DNA of 64,000 bases from a virus (IMGVR_UViG_3300037418_003024:1-64000), one strand, 5' to 3'. Positions 18,083-27,883 are shown, numbered from the stretch's first letter. The notes: generated by a model not told the origin, from the sequence alone. Program-made: numbers and translations.

Positions 18083-18610
18083 GTGGTCCGCAAGCGCATC
18101 GATGAAATCATGCGTACGCCCTCGAAGCGCGAATACTGGCTGAGGCGGGCCGGGCATATCGTCGGGCGCTATGCGGAACCGGAGGATGTCTTGGGGCGGT
18201 GCTGCGCTCGAGCGTTGATCTCCGGCCATACGTACGATATCCGACGCGACTTCGACGCCTGGTTTGCGACAATCGTACGGACCGTCTCCTGGCGGATGTG
18301 CGGCAAGCATTCGACAATCATCAAGCACGAGGTGCAGATCATTCCGGAGGAGCGCATCAACATCGAGCCGGAGGATCTTCCGGACGAGGAGTTCGACCCT
18401 GACAATTCAGTTCGGTGGCAGCAGATCCAGACGGCGCTCGGCGAGATTCCTGAAGAGCAACGGGCGCTCTTGATCGATCACTACTTGAACGGCAAAGGGC
18501 TAGGCGACATGGCCGCCCTGCACGGTCGAACGAAGACGGCAATGACGATCAGGCTGCAACGCGCGAGGGCCGCATTGAGGAACGCTCTTGGTCATCATCG
18601 AGACAATTGA
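18083..18610 (+). CDS. ECF-type sigma factor
   Basis: AEPEDVL...FDAWFATIVR (region 2) and ALGEIPEEQRALL...TIRLQRARAALR (region 4); start GTG 18083 or ATG 18110. Confidence 0.75.
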   Translation: MVRKRIDEIMRTPSKREYWLRRAGHIVGRYAEPEDVLGRCCARALISGHTYDIRRDFDAWFATIVRTVSWRMCGKHSTIIKHEVQIIPEERINIEPEDLPDEEFDPDNSVRWQQIQTALGEIPEEQRALLIDHYLNGKGLGDMAALHGRTKTAMTIRLQRARAALRNALGHHRDN

Positions 18611-19334
18611 AAATGCGCTGGATGGCGTCCATGCGAATGTGACGACATCAGGCACGCCGAACGGCGCGTTGTCGTTCAAGATTTGCCGCCTTCCCGACTA
18701 CACCCAGTCCGGCGCTGCGGCATCATCGCTCATCAGCGGGTCGACGTACGCGGTCACGGTTCCTTTCCCGGCGCTCTGGTATGTCTGGGCGGTCGACAGT
18801 GACGGTGCAGTCGACCCTGGCGCGTGCTGGGTGTGCAACACGAACGATCCAGATCTCCGTTCCTGCGGTGAGAAGATCGCGGCGATTCTACTGGAGCACA
18901 AGGCCGGTTTGGACGCTGCGCTCCTCGAATTGTCGGATACGTCGACGGTCAAGCAAATCGTCTTCGGACGATCGCTCAACGTCGACGATTTTCCGGCCAT
19001 TATCGTGACGAAGGCTCATAAACAAGAGTCTTACGTCGGATTGGGATATATCCGCGAAGTGCTGTTCTCGTTCCAGATCTCCTTCGCGTTTTTCCATCAG
19101 GATGAAGCGACACAGCTTCCGATCGCGACCAGTATGTCAGACCGCATCATCTCGATTTTGAACTTACCGGCGTATTCGTCGCTGGTTCTCGATACCGGAA
19201 CTCCGCTGACCGGGTGTCTGGCGACCGAGGGCGACTCGGACGAAGAGGAAGTCCAGGAGAAAACATGGGCGGCAGCGGCCACGGTCGTGTGGTCGGCTCA
19301 AGGACTCATTCAGGATACGGGGGCACTCTATTGA
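18588..19334 (+). CDS. Putative tail terminator/completion protein
   Basis: Position; FPAIIV motif. Confidence 0.45.
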   Translation: MVIIETIENALDGVHANVTTSGTPNGALSFKICRLPDYTQSGAAASSLISGSTYAVTVPFPALWYVWAVDSDGAVDPGACWVCNTNDPDLRSCGEKIAAILLEHKAGLDAALLELSDTSTVKQIVFGRSLNVDDFPAIIVTKAHKQESYVGLGYIREVLFSFQISFAFFHQDEATQLPIATSMSDRIISILNLPAYSSLVLDTGTPLTGCLATEGDSDEEEVQEKTWAAAATVVWSAQGLIQDTGALY

Positions 19335-19840
19335 TGGATTACAACCTGATAACGGAGAAGCCGATCCGCGATGGTTTCGGCTTGATCTACCAGGGCGGTT
19401 GGTTTGGCCGTGGCCTTTGGTCTCTGGAAATGCCAATCTTTGTCGTGCAGATGGATGAGTATCATGATGAGCATCGATTCATTCATCATCGTCGTGGGTT
19501 TATTGGCGTGCTAAGCCTGCGGATTCTCGACTGCCCCGAACCTCTCCCCGAACAACCGGAACATGGCGGTAACGCGATCGGGCCTTTACCCGACTACGAA
19601 TATCTGGCTGCCGTTGATTGCATTATCGGCTACCTAAGCCGAGGTGTAAATGTCTACATTCATTGCGCGGCTGGCGTGAGCCGTTCATCGTACATGACGT
19701 TGGGCGTTCTGATGCGAACGATGGATTTAAGTTTTGACGAAGCTTTGGCCTATTTACGGTCGCGTAGACCGAAGGCCGACCCAAATCGGGGCTTCGTGGC
19801 GCATCTTCGCCGGTTGGAAGGAGCGTTGAGATCATCATGA
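19334..19840 (+). CDS. Dual-specificity protein phosphatase
   Basis: Active-site VYIHCAAGVSRS (CX5R) and C-terminal RP..DPNRGF..HL. Confidence 0.9.
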   Translation: MDYNLITEKPIRDGFGLIYQGGWFGRGLWSLEMPIFVVQMDEYHDEHRFIHHRRGFIGVLSLRILDCPEPLPEQPEHGGNAIGPLPDYEYLAAVDCIIGYLSRGVNVYIHCAAGVSRSSYMTLGVLMRTMDLSFDEALAYLRSRRPKADPNRGFVAHLRRLEGALRSS

Positions 19841-20655
19841 TAAGCCATACTTTTCCTCCCGATCTTACCCTTGACGATTTCTGCGCGATTTCGGATGCGC
19901 TCACCCACGTCATCCGCGAGCTTCTGGCCGTCGCTGGCGGCGGCGTGTCTGTGCCGATCGAGCAAGACTTCGGCTATTCGCGTGCAGTCCGTCAGTACGA
20001 AGCCAGACTGCTCGCCATCCCGCATTACCCGACGACGTCGCGTCTCCTGCAGAAGGCGCATGGAAAGACGATGCGCCTAGGTCTGCAATGGGTACTCGAC
20101 CACACATACGACCTCATTCAAGACCTCTCCAATGTCTGTGCCGCGACGGAACTCCCAGTTTCGACTCGCCACTCCAATATCGTCGGATACGCCACGCACT
20201 TCAACACGGGGGCCGGAGGTCCGTACCGGGCGCTTCTTTCCCGCGAGCTGGCCGATGTCTTTGAACTTCTCTACCGCGGGACCAATATCGACCCGTCGAA
20301 CATCTACGCGCCGGCGATCGAGAATATGGCGAGCCGTACGGTCGGCTCAGCAGCCGTGATCGGCGAATTCATCGACTCCACTCGCTACGCCGGCGCGCCG
20401 ATTATTGCCCGTGTTCAAGGCTACACCGGTGGTCCTGGGATGCTGACAGTGATCGGCAGCGGCCGAATGGCGCATGGCGGTGTCGCTTCCGACGCTCGTG
20501 TGTGGTCGGTGCAGGTCGGCAGCAGTGGCGAATTCGAGTTGTTGCCGGACGTCGACGGCGACCTATGCCTCGCCGTACGCGATATCGGTTTGCCGGCACC
20601 TATGACCGCTGGTACGGTCACGATTGAGGGCCTGTTACCGGAAAGGCTTCGCTGA
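19837..20655 (+). CDS. Hypothetical structural-region protein
   Basis: ATGA coupling. Confidence 0.65.
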   Translation: MISHTFPPDLTLDDFCAISDALTHVIRELLAVAGGGVSVPIEQDFGYSRAVRQYEARLLAIPHYPTTSRLLQKAHGKTMRLGLQWVLDHTYDLIQDLSNVCAATELPVSTRHSNIVGYATHFNTGAGGPYRALLSRELADVFELLYRGTNIDPSNIYAPAIENMASRTVGSAAVIGEFIDSTRYAGAPIIARVQGYTGGPGMLTVIGSGRMAHGGVASDARVWSVQVGSSGEFELLPDVDGDLCLAVRDIGLPAPMTAGTVTIEGLLPERLR

Positions 20656-21257
20656 TGGCGCTTACAAGTCGGGTCATTTGGCTGCCGCTCGGAATGCGGC
20701 TAATACAATATCAGGACGTCGAAGCGGCTCAAGCGATGCTGAAGATCCAGCGTGAGCGACTTTCCAACACGACGCCATATTTGAAGGCTGTCGCCAACAT
20801 CATGCGCGCCGATTTCCGACGACAGTTCGCGGAAGGTGGCGATCCGAAATGGAAGGCGCTCGCGCCGTCTACTATCAGGCAGAAGCAGCAGATGGGATAC
20901 CCGCGGTTAACGGCGAAGGGGAATATCCCTCGCCGGTTGGTCCAGTCCGGAAACTTCGGCGCTTCGAACATTCTGATCCGCACGGGGCGATTGAGGGATG
21001 CGTGGGGTAGGCTCGGCAGCCCTGACCATTATGAGAAGATCGACCCGAAGGAAGGCACCGTTCGCATGGGGCCGAAGCTCGATCGGTTGCCGTATGCGCG
21101 GATGATGCAAAAAGGTGGCACCGTTCAATTGAACGGGCGACGCGTCGTTATCCCGGCTCGACCGGTGCGCGTGACGGATTCGGCAATCCGGAGTATTGTC
21201 CGGTTCTCGCAAGACTATTTTACGAAGGGTGAGGGTTCGCCTAATGGAAGCGAGTGA
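20655..21257 (+). CDS. Phage virion morphogenesis protein (Mu gpG/P2 gpS family)
   Basis: F..GGDPKWKALAPST...ILIRTGRLRD...YARMMQKGG...IPARP. Confidence 0.8.
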   Translation: MALTSRVIWLPLGMRLIQYQDVEAAQAMLKIQRERLSNTTPYLKAVANIMRADFRRQFAEGGDPKWKALAPSTIRQKQQMGYPRLTAKGNIPRRLVQSGNFGASNILIRTGRLRDAWGRLGSPDHYEKIDPKEGTVRMGPKLDRLPYARMMQKGGTVQLNGRRVVIPARPVRVTDSAIRSIVRFSQDYFTKGEGSPNGSE

Positions 21258-21678
21258 AATACGGCGCCAGATCGTCGTCGTCGAGCAGAATGCGTTTCGC
21301 GCATGCCAGGCGTGCGCCGGCAGTGTCGGACACGATCCTAACGTCGGCATCATATGCGCGCGGGATCCGAAGGTCGAAGACTGCGGACTACTCGCGGTGA
21401 ACGGGCTGCGGTCCGCCGAGAACCCCGAAGCGCTGCTCGAGCAGATGACGGAAGACTGGGCGATGAGCTTCGTGCGACCGAAAAACCAGGAGGCTCCAGC
21501 GGTACCGTCGACCGACGTTGCGACGGGAATACCGCGCGTTGGAACCGATGTCTCGGCGGACGGCGTGACACGCGTGGCAGCCATTGCACAGGCAAAGTCG
21601 CCGGATACGATTCCGGCACCATCCGTTCCAGGGCAGGCCGAACCAACCGCCGGACAATCCGAGGACCCAACGCACTAA
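21244..21678 (+). CDS. Hypothetical protein with Cys cluster
   Basis: ACQAC...IIC...DC; P/A-rich tail. Confidence 0.6.
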   Translation: MEASEIRRQIVVVEQNAFRACQACAGSVGHDPNVGIICARDPKVEDCGLLAVNGLRSAENPEALLEQMTEDWAMSFVRPKNQEAPAVPSTDVATGIPRVGTDVSADGVTRVAAIAQAKSPDTIPAPSVPGQAEPTAGQSEDPTH

Positions 21679-21689
21679 GATATCAGGCA

Positions 21690-21719
21690 GCTTCAATGGC
21701 CGTGGGGGCGCACTGGAGC
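21690..21719 (+). promoter_or_regulatory. RBS-sequestering hairpin, copy 2 (before tail tube)
   Basis: GCTTCAATGGCCGTGGGGGCGCACTGGAGC. Confidence 0.7.
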
Positions 21720-21723
21720 ATGC

Positions 21724-22590
21724 ATGTCGGCTGTAACACAATTTTATAAGGCTATATGCAACATCGGCGGAAATCAGTATCCGGTACTGCCGACCGCGCA
21801 ATTCACGATGCCGAAGAACTTCATCATCCCGCCGGTCATCGGAAACTACTGGCAGTGGAACTTCGCCGAAGGTTTCCAGCAGCCATCGGTGGATCTCGTT
21901 TTTCTGTGCCGGGACAAGGGGTCTCTCGGCTCTCTGTCCGAAGTTCTCTCGACCACGTTCCTCAATTATTGGCTCACGCGAACCAGCGATGCCGCGCACG
22001 ATACGACGGCGATCGGTAGCGGTGTCGCGTTCTGGGACGGTCGCAGTGGATTTACGCTCGGCGGCGCGAAAGCGGAATCGTTCACCCTCTCCGGGGCGAA
22101 AGGTCAACTCCTGCAGTTCACCGGACGGTTCCTGTTCAACAGCATCACGCCTCTTGGCGCCGCCCCGTCGTTCACCGCGTGGGACAATTCGGCTCCGCTG
22201 ATCGGCAAGAACGTCACGTTCGACGGCAATTTTGCGAATGAGGCGTGGAACTTCGGGCTGTCATTTGCGAACAACCACACTCCCGACATGTCGATGGATG
22301 GCACGAACCTGCCGACCGACAACAACGCCGGGCTGATGACGGCCGGCCTCAACGTGACGGCTCAAGCGGCGCTTTTGACGTTCCCGGACAACAACCCGGT
22401 ACCTGGTTCGCTGACCGCCATCAATATCACCATCACCGGCGCCAACGGTACCCGGGTGTTCACGATCAATAATCCGATCAACCAAACGCCGAACAATCGA
22501 GCCGTGCCGCTGGGTCGCGTGATGCGACAGCATTCGTACGTGGCCATCGGCGGGAACGGACAGACGACCCCGCCGCTCAGCATCTCGTAA
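21724..22590 (+). CDS. Putative major tail tube protein
   Basis: 288 aa, beta-rich, immediately before chaperone and tape measure. Confidence 0.65.
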   Translation: MSAVTQFYKAICNIGGNQYPVLPTAQFTMPKNFIIPPVIGNYWQWNFAEGFQQPSVDLVFLCRDKGSLGSLSEVLSTTFLNYWLTRTSDAAHDTTAIGSGVAFWDGRSGFTLGGAKAESFTLSGAKGQLLQFTGRFLFNSITPLGAAPSFTAWDNSAPLIGKNVTFDGNFANEAWNFGLSFANNHTPDMSMDGTNLPTDNNAGLMTAGLNVTAQAALLTFPDNNPVPGSLTAINITITGANGTRVFTINNPINQTPNNRAVPLGRVMRQHSYVAIGGNGQTTPPLSIS

Positions 22591-22629
22591 CTTAACATTT
22601 CGACAATAAAAACTGGGGGCTAGAAGACT

Positions 22630-23163
22630 ATGACGAAGGTCAAGATCACCTTGCGCGTCGTGGAACGCAAGGACACGGGCGAGACGTTCATCGTCCCGTC
22701 GGACGCAGAAATCGCTGAATCGAAGCGGCTTGAGATTGCCGGGCTGGATCAGCAGATCGCCGCGCGCAAGGCCGCGACGGAGTCGCCGGCTCAAAAGCGC
22801 GCTATCGAGATGCTGGACGAGGCGAAGCACGAGATCGATGCACGGTACGCGCGCTGGGAGGCGGATGTCCAGGCCGCTTTGCCGGAAGCGCGCGAATTGA
22901 CGTTCGACCTGACGCGGCCGCAATTCGGCGAGCAGCGCCGAGCCTATGGCGCTGCGCAGAAGCTCGACTACGACAATGCGCAGGCGATTCTGGACAGTTC
23001 CGAGTACCAGTATCAGCTCCTCGTGTCAGCAGTCGGGAATGAGGACGAGGTTTCGAAACTGGATCCGGTCGTTGCGCAGGAGCTCAGCCGGCGCGTGTAC
23101 CGCATGGTTCACCCGGACGGCAAGCGGCTCCCTTTTGTTGCTGGGCCGCCCTCCAACTCGTAA
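22630..23163 (+). CDS. Tail assembly chaperone (gpG-like)
   Basis: Position; in-frame slippery heptamer C CCT TTT at 23130-23136. Confidence 0.65.
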   Translation: MTKVKITLRVVERKDTGETFIVPSDAEIAESKRLEIAGLDQQIAARKAATESPAQKRAIEMLDEAKHEIDARYARWEADVQAALPEARELTFDLTRPQFGEQRRAYGAAQKLDYDNAQAILDSSEYQYQLLVSAVGNEDEVSKLDPVVAQELSRRVYRMVHPDGKRLPFVAGPPSNS

Positions 23164-23324
23164 AGGGTGAGCCGATAGACGATCGGTTGATACCGCTTGA
23201 GGTCGCATGGTACATCGGATGGCGTGATCGTGGGGAGTTGCCGCGGCCTCTCTACGAAATGCCGTCCGATGAGGCGATGATGATCCTCGCGATCGATGCC
23301 GAGGTTCGTTCGCACGGGCTGTAG
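22630..23324 (+). CDS. Tail assembly chaperone -1 frameshift product (gpGT-like)
   Basis: The -1 frame is open from 23136 to TAG 23322-23324 (CCWAALQLVKGEP...AEVRSHGL). Confidence 0.65.
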
Positions 23325-23355
23325 CCTCCGGGAAAGTCCGGAGGCTTTTCGTTTT
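23323..23355 (+). terminator. Intrinsic terminator before tape measure
   Basis: AGCCTCCGGG-AAAG-TCCGGAGGCT followed by TTTCGTTTT. Confidence 0.7.
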
Positions 23356-23366
23356 AGAGAGGCGTT

Positions 23367-26300
23367 ATGGCAGACGACGTCATTATCGGGATCAAGACAC
23401 AGGGGTTCCCTGAAGCTCAGGCCCAGGTCGAAGCGATGGAACGCCTGATGGAACGGCTCAACTCCGGTTCACCATCGGCGACTGGCGGTCCGGTGTCCAC
23501 GCTGCCGACAGGTGCGCCATCGAACGCCCCGCGGCTCGGCAATGGGCTCGATCCGTATAATAGTAGCCCTGGCGTCTCCGCTCCGCCGCCGGTAGCGGCT
23601 ACGCCGTCTCTCACTCCGTATTCCTCACCAACCGCCCCGCCGGCGCCGGGAGCTTTCGCGCCAAATCCATACGCTGGCGGCGCGCCGTCCGGTGGCGCTG
23701 GCACGGTGGTGCATGCTCAGAATGTGACCGTGGTGGCCTCTCCCGGTGGTGGCGGCGGCTTCAACGGTGGAGGGGGCGCTATTCCGCCTTCGCCGGGCGG
23801 CTTCGGGCCGGTCGGCGGAGGTCCATTCGGTGGATGGAACCCGTTCCCAGGTGGCGGCGGACCGGGCGGCGGTCAGCCTGGGAACCTCTGGCAATTATGG
23901 CAGCAATGGCACGGCCAATACGCAGGCTTTAACCCTGTACAGTCCATCATGCAGAGGATACCGCTGCCCGCCAATTTCGGCGTCCCTGCCACAGCGCTCG
24001 GCAATTTGCCTCTTATGCCGACGGTGGCGGCCGTCGGTGCGGGCTTCGGGATAGCCGACTACGCGCAATCGATCTACTATGCCGCGCAACAGGCCCCGTT
24101 TCAGGCTGAGACCGATATCATGGCGGCGTCCGCTCGTGGCCAATATCTGAGTCCGGTTCAGCAACGGTATGCTCGTGGGATTGCGGAACTTCGATCCGTG
24201 CACGATGCGACGAACGCCGCATATGCACCGATTTTTGACATTACAGATAAGATTCCGTTTGTTGGGTCGATCATTCGCCGAAACTGGCAGATGGACTTCG
24301 AGCAAACCTATCAGCGTGATTTGGCGCTGACGGAAGCTCGCGGTCAGGCCGACCAAATGCGGATGCGCCTAGGTGCACTCGGCGGCGGGGCCATATTGCA
24401 ACCCGATGATCCGTTGCTCGGTCTGCGGTACGGTCTCTCCGGTCGCGCCGGCATGTTTGGCCGTCGGGCTGTGCGATCGCTTGGCGCGGCAGGGCTTGGT
24501 CGATACTTGGGGCCATCAGGCTTTATGGATGAAGACCTCCAATCGGCGATCGGATCCATTTATGATGTGTCGGGCGCGATGGGGAACGATGCGCTCTATG
24601 ACGCGCTCGCCTCCGGGCGGCCACCGGATACGCTCGCCCAAAGCGCCGCCGCCTACTTTATCGCGACTGGCAACCGTCAAGGGGTCCAGAGCTTGCAGTC
24701 ACTGCTCGGCCGCAGGTACGACGCGAGTCTGGCGTCGGCCGAGAATGTGTTCCGTGCTGGCGAGCAAATATCGATAGCGCAGTCGGGTATTTCCTCGATC
24801 GGCTCCAATATCTCGTACATGGGGGCGACGGGGGTCGGCTTTCGAACGATCGCAAGCACGCAGCGGGCGCAATCGGCCGCCTACAACGCAGCCATCGCCG
24901 GTAAGCGTCAGGAACTGAGTGCCGCGCAAGCGACTGGGAATTCCGTACTTATCGCTCAGAAGCAGTCTGAACTCGACGCGCTGACGGCGCAACAGGCCCA
25001 GACGGGTGCCGGCGCCGTCCAGACATACTACGGTGGCCGCGGCACCGAAATACAAGCGGCTCAGACCGAAGCCGAAAACCTGTTCCAATACTCGATGTAC
25101 GGCGGCCGCCCGTCGGACGTCAACTTCGCGTTCGACCAGCGTCGTCAGACGACACTACTGGAAGCGCGTCGCCTTGAAGCGCTGTCGCGCGAATCGATCA
25201 CATCGCCGGAACAGGCGATGCTCCTTCGTGCTCAGGCAGCGTCGCTTCGTCAGCAAGCGCAAATCGGTATCGGTCGGGAGCAGCAGGACTTCAACTACTC
25301 GGTAACAACGGGGCGCATAGGCGTCGCGGGCGCCCTGGCCGGAGAGGCTTCGACACGGGCCGCACTTTTCGGCAGTCCCGAGGACATTTACGAAGCCGGT
25401 ATCGGTCAAGCTAACGTCATCCAACAGAGCCTTACGGCGGTTCGCGGTCGGCTTCAGAGTAATCCATATTTGACGACGACAGAGCGATTGGACCTGCAAC
25501 GGCAGGAAATCGACCTCCGTCGACAGCTTAACCAGACGCTCACGGAAAATCTGCGAAGCTTCGATCAACTCAATATCGCCGTCGCAAGCACTGGCCTCGG
25601 GATCGCCCAAACACGCGGTGCTGGCGCAATGCAATACCTGGGCGTCGGAGGTAGTGGGGCGGCCCCGTATGTGATGGCTTCCGCTTCGGCCGCGACGCGC
25701 GTTTTCCAGCAGTCTCAGCAGTATCTGCGGGATCTCGACGCGCAGGGCGTGGATCACGGAAGCAAAACCTACCAGGACGCGATTGCTCAGGTCGAATCGG
25801 CGCGAAATCAGGTGCGCGCAACCAACGATTCGCTGGCCTCGGTACCGTTCAGCGCAGAGTCAAGAGATGTCGATGTCCTCGGTCGGACGCGGCTGAACGT
25901 CCTTTCAAACACCTACGCAGGGTGGGGCGATATCCGCGGTACCGTCTCTGGGCTACTCGCGAACACCGGCCAACAACTGCGCGAGACGAATATAAACCGT
26001 AGCCGTATCCCGCAGATGGTCGACGAAGAAATCCGACAGGGGGTCACGTCGCCGGCCGATCGTCAACGCCGAATCAGTGAGCTCAACCTACAGTTCGACC
26101 AGACGACATCGGGATTGGTCAATCAGGCGGTGGGGTTGCAGTCACAGTTAGAGAACGGGTGGATGGATCGCCTGATCAGTCAGTCGATTAATATGCCGGG
26201 GCGGGGCTCCATGGTCGCTCATGCGTTTACCAACTTTGAGGCGGCGCCGTTTCTGCAGACGATGAGTAGCGCGTTCGGCTTCGCCGGTCCGTCGGGGCTG

Positions 26301-26654
26301 GCTGCCCGTGATTACTACCTCCATCGTGGCGACCGGCTCGCCAATACTCTCGTCGGAAACGTGACCAGGCCGGAAGGTTTCCTCGAGACCGCGATGAGTG
26401 GAAGCACGATGCCGGACGGTACGCACATGAACGTCCATCCGAATTCCATTCCGGGCTTAACGACCCTCGGACGTGGCGGCGGTGCTGGAACTTCGCTGGG
26501 CACAATCCAGATAGCTCCGATCGAGGTCGTCATCAAGGACTCTAACGGCAACGTTATCGGCCGAGGTTCCAGCCGCGGCACGCTCCATGACTTGTTCAAC
26601 GGCTCGTTGACCGTCGTGCAGTCGCCGCATTCAACGGGCGTCAGTCGGCAGTAG
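23367..26654 (+). CDS. Tape measure-like protein
   Basis: 1095 aa, A/Q/G-rich and helical, after the frameshifted chaperone; Pro/Gly-rich N-terminal segment. Confidence 0.7.
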   Translation: MADDVIIGIKTQGFPEAQAQVEAMERLMERLNSGSPSATGGPVSTLPTGAPSNAPRLGNGLDPYNSSPGVSAPPPVAATPSLTPYSSPTAPPAPGAFAPNPYAGGAPSGGAGTVVHAQNVTVVASPGGGGGFNGGGGAIPPSPGGFGPVGGGPFGGWNPFPGGGGPGGGQPGNLWQLWQQWHGQYAGFNPVQSIMQRIPLPANFGVPATALGNLPLMPTVAAVGAGFGIADYAQSIYYAAQQAPFQAETDIMAASARGQYLSPVQQRYARGIAELRSVHDATNAAYAPIFDITDKIPFVGSIIRRNWQMDFEQTYQRDLALTEARGQADQMRMRLGALGGGAILQPDDPLLGLRYGLSGRAGMFGRRAVRSLGAAGLGRYLGPSGFMDEDLQSAIGSIYDVSGAMGNDALYDALASGRPPDTLAQSAAAYFIATGNRQGVQSLQSLLGRRYDASLASAENVFRAGEQISIAQSGISSIGSNISYMGATGVGFRTIASTQRAQSAAYNAAIAGKRQELSAAQATGNSVLIAQKQSELDALTAQQAQTGAGAVQTYYGGRGTEIQAAQTEAENLFQYSMYGGRPSDVNFAFDQRRQTTLLEARRLEALSRESITSPEQAMLLRAQAASLRQQAQIGIGREQQDFNYSVTTGRIGVAGALAGEASTRAALFGSPEDIYEAGIGQANVIQQSLTAVRGRLQSNPYLTTTERLDLQRQEIDLRRQLNQTLTENLRSFDQLNIAVASTGLGIAQTRGAGAMQYLGVGGSGAAPYVMASASAATRVFQQSQQYLRDLDAQGVDHGSKTYQDAIAQVESARNQVRATNDSLASVPFSAESRDVDVLGRTRLNVLSNTYAGWGDIRGTVSGLLANTGQQLRETNINRSRIPQMVDEEIRQGVTSPADRQRRISELNLQFDQTTSGLVNQAVGLQSQLENGWMDRLISQSINMPGRGSMVAHAFTNFEAAPFLQTMSSAFGFAGPSGLAARDYYLHRGDRLANTLVGNVTRPEGFLETAMSGSTMPDGTHMNVHPNSIPGLTTLGRGGGAGTSLGTIQIAPIEVVIKDSNGNVIGRGSSRGTLHDLFNGSLTVVQSPHSTGVSRQ

Positions 26655-27771
26655 CAACTGACGCCGAATGATATACGGTAACATCGCCAAGACCCCATGT
26701 TTGCGAGGCTGCGTTCAAGCTTTGTTGCGCAGCATTTAAATCGGCACCTGCAAGATCATTATATTGTTCTGATTCTCGTAGGTACTTTCCTAGGATTGCA
26801 AACGTTTCGCTGTCAATCGGCACATTTGCAATGCTTCCATAGGGCTCAAGTGCGAGTTTATAGTCGCGAAGATACTTAGCAGATTCGAGGTCATCGTTGA
26901 AATGTTTGATCACATACTTTATGGCATGATCAAAAAAAATGCGATCATCATTTGGCAGCTTCTCGCTTATGTTGAGACTAGATATTGTATCGATCGCCCT
27001 CTCTGTAGCATTTTCCGCGTCCTGCTGAACCTTCGAGTCATCAGGTAATTCGGCCAAGAATGAATTTGCCCGTTCACAATCTGGTGCGCTCTTAGCCAAT
27101 GTTGAATTGAAGTCGTCGATAAAGTCCTGGACCGCCTGCCGATCCTTCGTGATGCTTTCCACGTGCATCCCGCTTGTAATTGAAACTCTCGCCACCTCCA
27201 TATCTGACCAGTCTAAACCTTGTGCGGACGAAGTAGTACCGAACTGTATTCCAATCGGTTGCGCAGTAATCGTGCAAGCCCCAATCTTTTCTTGGTCAAG
27301 ATAGGCTGTCATAGTTGAACCGGAGCGGCATACCGAAAAGGCGTGCCATTTGGTGTCACTTTTCGTTTGGCGCCCGACGACGTTATTACCGAGAGTGTAA
27401 ACGATACCGTTACGATCGCAGTGAACTCGGATGACCATATTCCCGTCCTTGTCGGGACAGAGAATAGAATCGCCGTAGTTACCCCATCGAATGTATCTAA
27501 AAACGAAAGATGCCGACCATTCCGTTGACGGAAATGGATTGGTGTTTAGTTGAACTAAGGGGAAAGAACCGGGATCAGGATGTGGACCGATTCGGCCTAA
27601 CGCTTGGAGGATAAGCTCGTGCGGCTCGAATGATGCTCGTCCGCCTCCTGATACAGTCCAGTGTAAAGCCGAAACGTTAGGAGAACTGAAGTCGTCTGAG
27701 AACTCGGCATGAGCCGAACCGACCGCGAGCAGACATAGCGCTGCCGCGAGAGACGTGCGAAGTAATGACAT
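26641..27771 (-). CDS. Secreted/periplasmic moron protein (beta-sandwich plus helical domain)
   Basis: Signal peptide MSLLRTSLAAALCLLAVGSAHA; AT-richer than flanks; opposite strand; own promoter. Confidence 0.75.
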   Translation of the reverse strand: MSLLRTSLAAALCLLAVGSAHAEFSDDFSSPNVSALHWTVSGGGRASFEPHELILQALGRIGPHPDPGSFPLVQLNTNPFPSTEWSASFVFRYIRWGNYGDSILCPDKDGNMVIRVHCDRNGIVYTLGNNVVGRQTKSDTKWHAFSVCRSGSTMTAYLDQEKIGACTITAQPIGIQFGTTSSAQGLDWSDMEVARVSITSGMHVESITKDRQAVQDFIDDFNSTLAKSAPDCERANSFLAELPDDSKVQQDAENATERAIDTISSLNISEKLPNDDRIFFDHAIKYVIKHFNDDLESAKYLRDYKLALEPYGSIANVPIDSETFAILGKYLRESEQYNDLAGADLNAAQQSLNAASQTWGLGDVTVYHSASVATAD

Positions 27772-27803
27772 GCGAATGACCCCCAGCCAGAGTGTCTGAG
27801 GTC

Positions 27804-27831
27804 ATTATAGCATTACGGATGAGATTGTCAA
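27804..27831 (-). promoter_or_regulatory. Housekeeping-sigma promoter for the moron
   Basis: TTGACA-N16-TATAAT with extended -10 TG on the minus strand. Confidence 0.7.
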
Positions 27832-27883
27832 TTATCCGTGACCCCAGTTACTCACTGGGACACGGCGGTGACATTATAAGTTG

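Noticed and set aside
21690-21719. Minus-strand CRISPR repeat ending ATTGAAGC (type I-G-like)
   Set aside because: Only one of the three copies has the intact end, and it is paired within the stem; fixed spacing to start codons favours a translational operator
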